In this document: positions 23,600 to 36,240 of the stretch, in pieces
How positions within the stretch are numbered: position 1 is the first letter of the stretch
Layout: every line of letters starts with the position of its first letter
Source: Sphyrna mokarran
Lineage: Eukaryota
NCBI GenBank assembly: GCA_024679065.1
Contig: JAGIQG010000006.1
Coordinates: 78,740,001 to 78,804,000, forward strand
Direction: 5' to 3'
DNA length: 64,000 bases
Program-made: the position numbers and the translations under genes
Notes under the pieces: generated by a model
Databases searched by the model: none
Told to the model about the DNA's origin: nothing
The model's input: only the letters and a program-made list of their open reading frames with translations

Positions 23600-24130
23600 A
23601 ATAATGATCGGTACAGTATAGGAGCAAGCCCTTCAGCCCATAAGTCAGTGCTGACACAGATGCCTCTCTAATATTTTCTTGCCTCTATGTGGTCAATGTT
23701 CCACTTTACTTTCCGTGCTCAAGCCAGTTTTGTATCCATCTTACCAGCTCACTTCATGACTTCACCTTTTGTATTAGCCTGCCATGAGGAACCTTATTGA
23801 AGGCTTTATTGAAGTCCATGAATACAACATCCATTGCATTGCATTGCTGCCCTGGTCCTGTTTTTCTGTCATTTACTCAAAGAGCTCAACTAAGCTCCCC
23901 TTCACAAAACTATGCTGCCTATTGCTAACAAGTCTAATCTCTTCCAGATGTGAGTACATCCTGTCTCTAAGAATGTCCTCCAATAATTTCCCCACTTCTG
24001 ATGTAAGGCTCACAGGTCTGTAATTTCCTGAATTGTCTCTTCTGCTGTTAAACAGAAAAACAATGCTAGCTGTTCTCCAGTCATCTGGTACCTTGCCCAT
24101 GGCTAAAAGGGATATAAAGATTTTGAATTT
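23600..24130 (-). mobile_element. CR1 LINE ORF2 (RT) fragment
   Basis: ORF 23873-24181 reads GKVPDDWRTASIV...GNYRPVSLTSEVGKLLE...QHSFVKGS, classic CR1 RT motifs. Confidence 0.9.
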
Positions 24131-25065
24131 TGCACTCCTAATATCACTCATCACATCCATTTTTCTGTCATTACTATTCATTTTAAATGTGATTATAGAA
24201 GTGCAAGTTGCTTAAATTTATCAAGAAGCAACCCAGAAACCTTTTTAATTTGGCTGTAAGATGCTAAATTTAGCGAAGAGTTCCTATACAATGATAATTC
24301 TTCCATTATAGATGTTGTGAAACGACAAAAGAAGACCACCCAATAAGGATTTTTTTAGTATGCTGTGTAAATGGAGCTGGCTTTGCTGAATGGGCAGATG
24401 TAAGAGTTCCAGTATACATAATGAATGGTCTGATAATCTTTCACTGTTCCTTCATCTTTGGCCTTTGGTTCCCAAAATGATTTTTTATAACCTTTTGATC
24501 TTCCATTGTCCTGAATTTAAAAACATCTTTGGATAATTGAAAATTTCCTTTTGTGAATAATGAAAGTTGCACATTTTTCATTCCAAGTTTAATATGTATA
24601 TGATAAAAGTCCTCTTTACCTTGGTATTTTGCATCATTTGATATGATTAACTAGAAATGCCTTCTAAGAACACAATTATTTCTTAAAACGTAATCAAATT
24701 GAAAAACGATCATTGTATCAGAAAAAGCAATTAAAACTGCACATCTTGTATCATTGGGCAAATGTTTGCTTGTGGGATGGTTATTCGACCATTCAGAACT
24801 ACACACACAGGGTCACAGCTCTTTTTTTTTGAGGGATGTTGCCAAAGCTAGCCAGTTATTTGAAATGGGTTACATGTTGGTGTCTCATTGGGGTCCATTA
24901 CAAAGTGCTGTAAAATGGATGTAGGTTTATAATATCCTTAAAGAGAGATAAAGTTGTTGAACTTGTAGTTCTGTATTATTCAGTCCTTTCCATAAAATTC
25001 CACTACAGATTCAGGGATGTTGATTTTTTTTTTAATATTAGTCATATGGTTTTAGGTGTATTTAG

Positions 25066-25396
25066 GGTGACTAGGGGATTTTCACAGTAACTGCATTCCA
25101 GTGTTAATGTAAGCCTACTTGCGACTAATAAATGAAATTTTACTTTTATTCATTGTCACAAATAGGCAATTTGTCTGCAATGAAATCACTGTGAAAATCC
25201 CCTAGTTGCCACACTCTGCCTATTTGGATATACTGAGGGAGAATTTAGCATGGCCAATGCACCTAACCAGACTGTCTTTCAGACTGTGGGAGGAAACTAG
25301 AGCATCTGGAATTCTGTGCAGACTCTGCACAGACAGCGGTTCAAGCCGGAGTCTTTGGTGCTGTGATGCAGGAGAGCTAATCACTGTGCCATCGTG
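25066..25396. mobile_element. Tail-to-tail SINE ends: short plus-strand tail (25066-25130) abutting a minus-strand V-SINE-type SINE
   Basis: GGTGACTAGGGGATTTTCACAGT pairs with ACTGTGAAAATCCCCTAGTTGCC. The same tail occurs near 11243-11305. Confidence 0.7.
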
Positions 25397-25759
25397 TTGT
25401 TGGTATCACACCAGATTGTCTAGAGATTGCTTTAAAAAAAAAACTCCCTCTTGCTCTAGTGTGTTTTTATCTTTACTAAAAACACTAATTGACTTTTAAG
25501 CAGTTTGCCCAATTGCTAACCTCTAAGGTGCTGAAAAGAAATACCAGGTCAACTTTAAACTCTCTTGATTGAACTCCTTTCAGGGTTTATTCAATGTAAT
25601 ACAGAATAAAACAGGCCATACTGGAAATGCTCAAAGACAGGCAGTACCTGCAGAGGCAAATGTTTTAGGCCAATGACCTTTTTGTCAACTGGAAAATTAC
25701 CAGAGTAGGAAGGGTTATGTGGAAAAAAACAAAGTCTGAGTAAGATATAAATGCAAGTC

Positions 25760-26080
25760 TTTCTGTGTAGCATATTTCATGATCACTGAATATCGCCAAG
25801 AATTTTATAGCCAATGAAGTACTTTTCAAAATGTGGAACTTATTATAATATAGGAAATGCAGTAGCCACTCAGTGCGCAGCAAACTCAATCAACAGCATA
25901 AAATACAAATTATCTGATCATTATCATTGAACAGTTGTTAGGAGGATAAATATTGGCCAGGATTCCAGTGATAATTCCCAAGCTTTTTGAAATAGTACCC
26001 ATCTGAACACACAGGCAAGCAGGGCCTCGATTTTTAACATTACGTCTGAAAAACAGCCACACTCCTATCTATCCTTAGTC
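25760..26080 (-). mobile_element. DeuSINE-type (SacSINE1/AmnSINE1-related) SINE
   Basis: Minus strand reads GCTGTTTTTCAGACGTAATGTTAAAAATCGAGGCCCTG...CCTGGCCAATATTTATCC, resembling the Deu domain. Confidence 0.6.
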
Positions 26081-27149
26081 TCCTCCATTGTCTCATTGAA
26101 GCTTAGATGCTGGAGGGGAGGGGGAGGGGTACAACTGATTCAATAATAAACCCTGTCCAGCTGTAGTGATGATTCTGATTTACCTATTTACACTTTCTCC
26201 AGACACGTTGTTTCTTTACTTGTCCAAATAGCATATTATTTTATCTTGCTTTTGTCATTTAAGTTTTTAGATTTTCCTTTTCATTCTTCCCCCCTTCCCT
26301 CCCTCTTCCTTTCCCTGACTGCGCTTGATTAAAATCTGTTGTGTTGCTAATTTTTCTGGTTCTTAAGATTTGAAACATTAACTTTATTTCTCTCTTCAGA
26401 CTTGCTTCCTGACCGGCTAAGCATTTCTGTTCTTATTTCATCTGTATGTTGCTATGCTAAGTCTGTTGTTAGTGGTACATGAGAACAGTTTTGAGTATTG
26501 TCTCAGCAGTGTTTCTGATTTTTGGAGTTCTGTAAAATAAGGAATTAAATCTGTGACAGCAACCAGCATGCTGTTTCATTGTCAATTTTACTCAGTATTA
26601 AACTGACAATGCCAGAGGAAATAGCTCAACTGAAGTTGGTTTCTGATAGATTGATCTTGTATCATAAATGGCTAATAACAAATACAAAAGATTGTGCTGC
26701 CTGGCACATAGTTGTATTTTTTTAACTAGTTGATGTGTTTTTAAACAACTGTAACAAGATAAATTAACTAAAACTTATTTTGATGCACAGATCACTCTTG
26801 GAGATTGGGAACTGCACTAACAATTCCACAAATTGCATTCACTGAATTATGAAAAAAGCCTCCACCTTGGCTTGTGTGACTTCTGTGAGTTGGTTTCATT
26901 GTGATAGAATGGGCAAAGTACTTTGGAGAAGCGTTGTTAATATGGTTTGCATTTTTTTTTAAACAAAAAGCAAAATATCTAAATGTTTCTTAAACCAGAA
27001 CAGTGATGATGTTTTAAGAGTATCTCATTGACTCTGCTTTGGGATGTCCTGTGGATGTGAAAGCACTGTATATTTTTTTTCCTAACCTTATATTTGGAGC
27101 TGCATAGACTGCCTTAACTTTTGCATACATTTCACTTGTGTTTCCTCAG

Positions 27150-27300
27150 GTCCAAAGAGAGGCCCAAAAAGGGCGGATGTGCGAGGTCAGAATGAAAATC
27201 AGGATATTGAAAGAAAAATGGAAAGACCAGAGCGTAGAGTTGTATTCCGAGAACGGCGCCCTAATGAAACAGAAGGAGCTCCTGACTTTTCAATAGAAGT
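27150..27300 (+). CDS. HABP4: HABP4 exon 2 (GPKRGPKRADVRGQNENQDIERKMERPERRVVFRERRPNETEGAPDFSIEV)
   Basis: Boundaries tttcctcag|GT and GT|gtaaga, 151 nt, open frame. Resembles the HABP4 ER.ERR...RP.ETE...DF..E segment. Confidence 0.9.
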
Positions 27301-28789
27301 GTAAGACTTAAATCAGTGTTTGACAAAGATGTTAGTTTTTCAACAATATTTCCTACATATTTGGATTTAACCTTGATGGCGAAGGGTTGCTGGAGAGGGA
27401 AGTTAGGAGAAATTCATAAGCTTTAGTGTAACTTAATGCACTGCAATGCTGTTTGTAGCAGTTTTCTAATCTTTAACTTTCTTATTTTGGCACCCATGGA
27501 ACATTCCTCATTTCATCACTTTGTAACCAATAATAAGTTGTCAATAGTGACTTGTTAACTGCATTCCTTTGTACTTGTCTCTTTCTTCCTTCCTTTCCCT
27601 GTGAATTCAGTGATACTGTCGGAGCCATATAAATTTCCATCCATTTCTCCATCCCAACTCTAAGCTATACTGTGTAAATGGATCATGTAGAAGAGGAATG
27701 CCTGAGGTTTGTTCTCCGATTTTGTGTTGAATTGGCTGGAGCAGTGGTAGCTGCGCCGCATTCTGCTTCAGTATCCCTGAACGCAAAAAGGAAATAGCTG
27801 TTCAGTATTCCGTAAACCCTGCTGAAAACACGTGTGTTGAAAATCTAAAGGAAAGACTGTATTGCTCTTTTTCTTATGAACCCCTTTAAGAACTCATTCC
27901 TCTGAACCTGTAGGAGATGAGTGCCAAAGTTCTACATGTCAAAGTTCTATCTACTATTAAATAAAAATTAGATTGGGAATGTATGGGAGAGGGGGGTTGC
28001 AAATTAATGTCATATCAGGCAACCTTATTCTTGGAAGCGGGGAGGTTTGGCAGGTAGATGTTGAGAGGTCATTTGCCTTGTGGGAGTGTTTAGGCCCAAA
28101 GAGCATAATTTCAGAGTAAGAGGTCATTGACTTAAGACAGATGTGGAAGAATTTCTTCTGAGAATAGTAAATATTTGGAATTCTTACTGCAGGTATACAT
28201 TAGCTTAATCTTTAATTAGATTTTTACATTTATTAAATAAAAGGGCAAAAACAGTGCAGGCTGCTCCATATTTCAATGAAGATAATTATGTAACATCAGT
28301 GAGAGGAGAATACTGTCAGCAGTGAAGCTGTGGCTTAGGCTGCTGTAGAAAGAACCTGATGTCCTGGCTACTATGTGAATAGGTAAAGTAAGTAGTGTTC
28401 CCTGGTAGTGAAGTGTAACTCCACTGACAACATGTCGTGAACCGAAGAAGTGTCCCTTAAGGTCTGCTTTCAGTCAGTGACATTCAGTCTTTTTTAAACA
28501 TGCGTTATGTTCCAATCTTTACCTGGAGACAGTATGTTAAGGAAATTTTGTAATTTCTCTGAAATCCCTGTTTAATCTCGATAGTTTTTAAGAATGCTTA
28601 ATTGAAAAAGGCTTCTGAAAAATTTACATCAATGGTAAAGAGATCAGTTATGCCTTTCTTGGATAGTAAGAAATGCTGCTCCGTGTGATCTGGTGACCGT
28701 TAACCTGGAAGCAATATCAACGGTAAGAAAGTTAAGGTGATGCCATGTAGCTGGAAACGAAAGCTATAGACAAATGAATTGGACGTTGA

Positions 28790-29430
28790 GGTTAATCAAT
28801 ACATAGATGCAATACCAAGAGAGAACAGAGGCAAAAAGAAGCTTAAGGAATGGGGTATAGAAGTAAAGGAGTGTTGCTGCAACTGTACAAGGCATTTGTG
28901 AGATTGCATCTGGAGTACTGTGTATAGTTTTGGTCCCTTTATTTGAGGAAGGATGCAGTGGCATTAGAGGCAGTTCAGAGACGGTTCACTGGATTGATTC
29001 TAGAGATGAGGGGCTTGAAGAGATTGAGCAATTTAGATGTATGTTTCATAGGATTTAGAAGAATGAGAGGAGATCTAATTGAGATATTTAAGATGGTTGA
29101 CAATGTAAAGGTAAAAATGATGTTTTCCTGTTGAGGCAATGTAGAACAAAGGGGTCATAGTTTAATGGGTCATAGATTTAAAACAGATGAGAAACAATTT
29201 CACTCAAAGGGTCAAGAATCTGTGGTATTCACTATTGCAGAGTAGAGTGGATGGCGGGACATGACTAAATTTGAGGAGATAGACTGATTTTTAATTGAGA
29301 ACGTGTTGCAAAGTCATGAAGAACAGGGAGGAAAGTGGAATGGAGTCTGAGACGAGATCGGCCATGATTGAGTTGAGTTGCGGAGTAGGCTTGAGAGATT
29401 CTATTGCCTACTCCTGCTTCTAGTTCTTGT
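28790..29430 (+). mobile_element. CR1 LINE 3' fragment
   Basis: ORF 28943 reads RKDAVALEAVQRRFTGLI...RRMRGDLIEIFK, followed by a CR1-type 3' UTR. Confidence 0.9.
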
Positions 29431-29829
29431 GTGCAAGCTTCTGTTTGTCAATAACCCTCTTCCCCCCCCCCAGCCAACCTCCATGATTGCTACCAGAAGG
29501 AGGTTGACTTTCACTTAGCGGTTCCTTGCAGATTGCATCACCAACTTTTGAAATTAGGATATGTCTTATGGTAAATGAATATGACAGTGCATTGGACTAT
29601 CATACTGCCAGTTGGAGGAAATCCAATGCTGTACTACTACAAAACAAAATAATGACCATTTAAGGATTGCATTAAATACAGTACACAGGCTAGTCATGCA
29701 ATATGTTTTGTGATGACCATCAATATCTTTTTCTCATTTGTGTATTTTAATTTAATTCTAACTTTGCAAGTAATTTAAAAACAAAATATATGCCTGAAAT
29801 TAATTGCTGTTAACTTTTTTGTTTTGTAG

Positions 29830-29979
29830 ACCAATCGACAGGATGGACAGAGCATCGATGAGAGGGCGCGGGGGTGGAAGAGGACGTGGTCGAGGACGAG
29901 GTGGATTTCCCAGGAGTGTTGATGGGTTCGATCTAAGAGGAAAACGAGAGTTTGAAAGGCATAGTGGAAATGACAAAGT
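29830..29979 (+). CDS. HABP4: HABP4 exon 3, RGG box ([50 protein letters not shown])
   Basis: Boundaries ttttgtag|A and GT|gtgagt, 150 nt. RGG repeats plus the FD.RGKREF.R motif of the HABP4/SERBP1 family. Confidence 0.94.
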
Positions 29980-30970
29980 GTGAGTTGTTTGAGCACTACA
30001 ATAAGTAAAAGGGAGGGAATGCTATACCAATCAAGGTAACATATTAGACATGTCTTTGCAAGCATGATACAAATTAGTTATGATCAGTGCTTGTGAGTGG
30101 AGTGTGTATATCGATTGTGGTGTTCTCTTTGAATGTATGCTTAAGAAGAAAAGGGATTTAATGCTGTAATATTTGCGTTGTGTGAATGTTTGCAGAGATG
30201 GCTTGATAACCCTTAGCTAAATTTAAGGGCATTTAGCCCCAAATACTGGACCAGAATTAAATGTGGGTGAAATGAAGAACACATGTATTAGTTGGTAGGC
30301 ACCATATTTATTACAGTTCAATGTGGCTGACAAGTGCATTTGAACATTTTTAAACTTTAATAGGTTACAGTATTGTACATTAAAACATGATACTTGTGAT
30401 CAGTAGTTGCTACTGATGAGGAAAAGTGAAATGACCTATCTTGGTTGTACGATGCAGCAGGAGCTTGTTTTCCCAACTGTAACATGGGTCCAAAGGCAAC
30501 CAGTGGAGAGGCCTAGCCATGTGAAAGGTGCGCCCTTTTAAGTCACATGCTGAAAGTGCACTCTTTGAAGGTCTGTATTCAGCTTGAGTACGGACAAGTG
30601 TTTCCTGATTCTTAGCCTGCATCAAGTAAAAAAATTCCAACTGCATCTCCTCTGATGTACACCTAGCTCCTCTCCAACCTGGCAGCTCAGTCCTGTTGAT
30701 CTTGGCAACAACTAGTATGGGGCAAGGGAGGAGGAAAAGAGTCAGGGAGCTGGAGGAATGAGAAGAGTTGGCAGAATAATAGGAGAGTGTGAATGCATAT
30801 TTAAAGGAATGTGCTTTTAAACATAACAGTGAATCCTTCTGAAGCCCATTCGGGTTCACCGCAGATTCTACATTTGAACATATATGGGATCCCTGGAACT
30901 TCTCAATTTTCATTATCAGTGGCACATTAAAATGTCCAGTTCTGTATTAAGGGTATACCAGATATATAAC

Positions 30971-31148
30971 AGCATGCATGATGATGTTGCACTTTGTGTG
31001 TCTTGAGAATGTTCATATGTTGTGGTTTTATGGAGTGGAATTGTTTGTTTTTGAAGTGTACTGCTGGGTTATTGTCTGTTAGGTTTTGAGTGTAGTGCCA
31101 GAGTTAAGTGGAATGGACTGTATGCTTGGTTTGTGTTGCTGACGTGCT
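30971..31148 (+). ncRNA. Candidate intronic box C/D sno/scaRNA in HABP4 intron 3
   Basis: C box ATGATGA 30978-30984, D box CTGA 31139-31142, and 6-bp terminal stem AGCATG/CGTGCT in k-turn register. No guide target recognised. Confidence 0.3.
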
Positions 31149-32024
31149 AGTTGGTTAGAAATTGTGATCTGATTTTTATATTAAAACTCTTGGATTTTGC
31201 CTTGAAGGGTATATAATTTTTCTCAGACTGGGTGGCACGATCCTCCTGCCACCCGCTGTAAGCCTGAGAGGGAAAGAGATTTAAATAGCTGTATGATCCC
31301 TTGAATCTGAATTGTGAAGAGACTTCATGTGGATTATTTATTAATTTTTGGTCTCTATCCAAAAAATTGAAATTCTCTTTTGGTCTTGTGTTTCTTGACT
31401 TGTGATATTTGCAGTGTTTACTATAACAATTTTGAATGGATTTGTTGATTATGCATTTTCTTCTTTCTAAAATCTCAGTTTCACTATACATTGAGCTTAC
31501 ATTCATCCCACTTTTGGAGTTGTAGGAGTAAATCTGGAGCTGGTATACCTTTTTTAGCAATGTGTGCAATCGTCATTCTTTTTCACTCTATTTCTTCTCT
31601 GTCTTCCCCCCACTCCTTCTCGTGCTCATGTGTCACTGACAACAGGAGGCAGCTTTCGCCCTGTAGGTGTACCTGAAGGTCAGAAGGTTATGAATGCAGG
31701 CTGCACATAATTGAGGCTCTCGGGTGCATGTCTCATCCCTCCTTCATCTGACCTTTATCCCATGTATGTGTTAATTAACAAAATAGAATATCTAGCTTTC
31801 CCTTAAATGCATCAGTGCTGATCGCGTCAATTATTCCTTATAGCAAATCTCATATTCATAGATTCTTTGGATAAAGAAGTTTCTCCTGAATTTCCATTTG
31901 AATTTGTTGGTGAACGATTTTTTATATTTATTGATATATTTTCTTTGTTTCCCCTGTAAATGCCAGTATGATTTCTAACCCTATCAAATTTTTCATAACC
32001 TTTAGAGCTCTGCCAGGCCACCAC

Positions 32025-32535
32025 CACCTCCCATCACATTACCAGAAGGATGTGGAGGCTTTGGAGAGGGGGTACATAAAAGATTTACCAGAATGTTGCC
32101 AGGCATGGTGGGCATTAACTATGAAGAGAGATTGCAGAAACTTGATTTGTTCTCACTGAAATGACAGATTAAGGGACTACCTAATAGAAATCTGCAAGAT
32201 TGACGGGCATGAACAGAATGATAAAAGCTTTTTCCCAGCGTGGAAGAGTCAATTCCAAGAGGGCATAGTTTTAAGGTGCGAGGGGCAAGGTTTAAAGGAG
32301 ATATATGAAGGAAGCTTTTTTTTTTAAGAGGGTGGCAGTTGCCTGGAATTTGCTGTCAGGGGAAGTAGTGGAAGCAGATACGATAGTGAATTTTAAGGGG
32401 CATCTGAACAAATACTCCTATAGGATAGGAATAGAAGGATATGGTCCCTGGAAGGGTAGGGGGTTTTTAGTTCAGTTGGCTTGGAGGGCCAGAGGACTTG
32501 TTCCAGTGCTGTAATTTTCTTTGTTCTTTGTTCTA
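32025..32535 (+). mobile_element. CR1 LINE 3' fragment with (TTCTTTG)n tail
   Basis: HYQKDVEALER and RVAVAWNLLSGEVVEADT motifs, tail TTCTTTGTTCTTTGTTCT. Confidence 0.85.
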
Positions 32536-33069
32536 CAAAAGCAAGAAGTTATTTAGTTATCTAATGCACTAATTAATCTTCCATGGACAATATCATCTAA
32601 AAATAGCCTCTTATCCATTGAGAGATTTTGCTGGTGTTATAGCTGCTGTGTAAGAGTAACAGTGCTGTAAATTGTGGCATAACCTAATGTGCTTTGGAAA
32701 AGCCTGCAGTTTATTTCTATTTGTCCATTTTTAAGATGAACTGAAATATTCTGAAAGTGGAGTCATGAATGGTGCTGAGCATTGTAAAATTATCAGCGAA
32801 TGTTTTCATTCTGATCTTGTGGAAGGAAGGTGATTGAAACAGATGAAGATAGTTGGGCATAGGGCACTATTCTGGGGAGCTGTCAGTGATGTTCTGAAAC
32901 TGATTGACCTCCAACAATCACAACCATTTTCCTTTGCGAGAAGTGACTCCATACCTGGAGTAAAAAGATTTTCCCCCTGATTCTCATTACTTCAACTTTC
33001 TACTCAGGCTCCTTGAGACTGCATTCATTCGCATGGTGCTTTGATGTTAAGGGCAGTCACTCCTAACAG

Positions 33070-33635
33070 TTACTATACACTAACAGTTGGAAAGGATAGA
33101 GAACTGAAGACATGAAGAATAAAGATTAAAGGAGAGTGGGTTGAACAAGACATATTGCTGCTGTTTGTGTTAACAGAGCCCACCAAACCATTTAAAGAGA
33201 TCAGAGGAGGGAGTCTCTGGGGATTTTGTGCTATTTGGATTTTCATGACTTGAGTGAGAGAGGATTAGTAGATCTACGGTTACTGGGTAGTATTTGGGGA
33301 CTTCAGATGGAATAAGATTAATGGGACTTGAGGATCCAAATGATTGAATGATAGAAGAAAGAGATTCTACGTAGCAAAGACTCACCTAGAAAAACATTGC
33401 CCCGGTTCTGGATTTTGTGCAAGGGCTGGTGTGAGTGCTTGTAACTTGTATGAAGTGTTTGTTGTATTAATTATTTGAAGTGACTTTATCTTTTTAATTC
33501 AAATATCCTTTACCTGTTAATGTTTGAATTTAATTTGTTATGTAAAAGTGTTTTAAAAAGTGAAATCTTGTTCATTTGTTTCCTTTTGGTGTAATTGGGA
33601 TCCCTTTCTTTTAAAAGTTCTCTATAGGCATCATA
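33070..33635 (+). mobile_element. Possible solo LTR
   Basis: Composition and 3' end (...CATCATAA) resemble the LTR-like segment ending at 55590. Confidence 0.35.
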
Positions 33636-34885
33636 ATGAAAGCATTAAAATTTTTTGACTTAAAAGAAGTTTTATGTAAACTGGTAATAAACCGTGAAAT
33701 ATTGAGAGTAATGATGCAAGCAGCGTAATATATTTGTTTCTTTTGGAAGGAAGTTGGGAAATGTAGGTTGGAAGTCTGGATTATTTGCCATCAGGACATT
33801 AGGGGTAAAAATAATGAATTTAGCTGCTTTGGGGAGGCTCTCTGCATGTGGATTGCCATTTATCAGCAGCTTAGGATTTATCAGAAATGGGGCATTTATT
33901 TTATTTCTAACGGTATTGCCTTAGTTCCTGTGGAGGACAGAGCCAAGCAGAGAAGGATGCTCGAGCCCTTGAAGAATACATTCCTCCTCTTTCTCAATTT
34001 TCAGAGTATGAGGCATTTTGTTTAGGAATTTGGATGCTGATGGAATATACCTAACTCACTACAACTTGGAGATAACGATCATGAGCTGTTTAAGGCGCTT
34101 TGGTTAAAACCACAGAGCCAAATGAAAATTTGGCAGACGTTTATCTTTTGTTGCGAAGATGTCTAACAGTCAAAATTGGTTTGCCTTATTACATCGTTGA
34201 TTGAATGTTTTGAGGTTGGAACCTGTGCCAAGTGACAGATGACTGAATTGTTTTGGATAGTCAAACCACCGAGCATTTTGCTGTAGTCACTTGCTAAAAA
34301 CCAGAGCAGAGTGGTATTAAAACAATTGAGATTAAGATTTCTAACCTAAAATCTAAAATAAACGAGAGGATTTCTTGAGCTATGAAGCTTTTGACATGGA
34401 ACTGGCTATTTGATTTTTGATAGTGAAAGCAATATATGACAGAGACTGAATAAAGACTAATGCTGCTAGAAGTGCATGGATCACATGTAAAATGAGTATT
34501 GCTGATAGAACTATTAATAATGCTGAATGACTGCTTTGTATGCTTCTGATCTAATTTGGCTGTTTCTTTCTGAATTGCAAAGCTGGAGAATTGAGATTTT
34601 AAAATATTCTTAATCTATAATTTAACATATTTCATCCAGAAATATGGAAATAGTGCTAATTGTGCATAATAATTTGGATGTGACCATGACAACACCTGTA
34701 GCTCCCATGCAGAATATGTGTCAGTCTTGGTGGTAGTGTTTGTAGGTCAGATATCTCCCAGATGAAGGGAAACTGAATTATGCTATCATAATTACAGTAT
34801 GTTTGTTATTGCACACAAGATGATGAATATGTTGGACCTCAACACACATGGCCACCAAGTAGTGGAATGCAGACCAATTGGTGTC

Positions 34886-35202
34886 ATGAATCATAGAATC
34901 CCCACAGTGCAGAAGAGGCCACTCAGTATGTATCAACTCTCAGAGCATTTTATATAGGCCCTATCCCCATAACCTCACACATTTGTCATGGCTAATTCAT
35001 CTAACCTGTATATCTTGGGACATTAAGGGGCAATTTAGCATGACCAATACACCTAACTTGCAGAGCTTTGGACTGTTGGGGGGGGGTGCTGATGGGCAAA
35101 ACCAGAACACTCAGAGGAAACTCACTCAGACCCAGGAAAAATGTGTAAACTCAACACAGTTACCTAAGGCTGCAATCAGCAGTGCTTGCCACTGTGCCAC
35201 CC
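34886..35202 (-). mobile_element. HE1/V-SINE-type SINE
   Basis: ATGAATCATAGAATCCCCACAGTGCAGAAGAGGCC tail and CCACTGTGCCACC head. Confidence 0.75.
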
Positions 35203-35529
35203 ATGTTCAATTGGGGCTGGTATCCTTGTATAAATGCTTCAAATTGTCCCTGCTGATCCTGTCAAAGGGAAGTTTCCTGATTGTAATCTCATTGGTACTC
35301 TTGTGAGGTTAAAGGGGAGAGGAAACTTCAAAAGAAAAGGTTTTTTTCTTTCAAAAGTTTACAATATTGGCCTAAAACGGGTCTAAGCTAATGTGGTGGC
35401 TTGCCAAACCTGGCCCTGACAGGAACATCTCTGACTGCAACTCAGTTGATTGGAGGCACTAATGCAGGAATTGTTCGGGAAACTTTAAATTTAGTCTAAA
35501 TTTTGTGGAGCCTGCTTCTATCTTCCTTG

Positions 35530-36240
35530 ATGTAGAGATGCCAGCGTTGGATTGGGGTAAACTCAGTAAGAGGTCTGACAACACCAATTTTAAATCCAAC
35601 TGATTTATTTGTAAACTTGCTAGCTTTCAGCCTTTGTAGAATCGCCTGACAAAGACTACAAAGGCCGAAAGCTAGCAAGTTTACTATCAAATAAATCGGT
35701 TGAATCTATCTTCCTTCCCAGAGGAATCTCCCCACTGTGGCTGACAGGGCCCTTGATCAATTTCCTGCACTTCTGTCCTCACCCCTTCCCCCTATATCAC
35801 GGAACCACTTCCTCTTGTCCTCACTTTCCACCCCATCTGTCTCTATATCAAAGGATTATCTTCTGCCATATCTCTAGCTTGATGCCACTATCAATCAAAT
35901 CTTTCCCTTCCCATCAGCATTCTGAAAGAGCCATTTTCTTCACAATATCTACCCCAGAACATCTCATCTATTTCCCGTAACACTTCTCTATGCAATCACA
36001 ATTGTAACACCAGCCCTTTTTACCTCCTTTCTACTTGCCATGCAAGGCTTCACCCACTCCTCACAACTGAAGCTATGATTTATTTGACCTCCTTTCATTT
36101 AAGTACACTGTATTTGCTGCTCACTATGTGGTCTTTTTCTCTCCCTCCAACCTATCCGTGACCTCTTACTCCATCTGATCCCCCTGAACAGCATAAATGC
36201 ATTACATTCCTATCTCCCTTTAGCTCAGAAGAAGAATACT
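35530..36240. mobile_element. Penelope-terminus palindrome (35530-35710) adjacent to a decayed Penelope-like coding remnant
   Basis: 29-bp hairpin arms 35611-35639 and 35656-35684 containing CCGAAAGCTAG. The downstream C/T-rich segment resembles a Penelope RT/GIY-YIG linker. Confidence 0.55.

Noticed and set aside
30410-30925. 171 aa antisense ORF in HABP4 intron 3
   Set aside because: Non-ATG start, no recognisable domain and no splice context.
31479-31542. Possible poison exon in HABP4 intron 3 (good acceptor, early TGA)
   Set aside because: The only nearby donor (CTG|gtatac) is weak, so there is too little support without RNA data.
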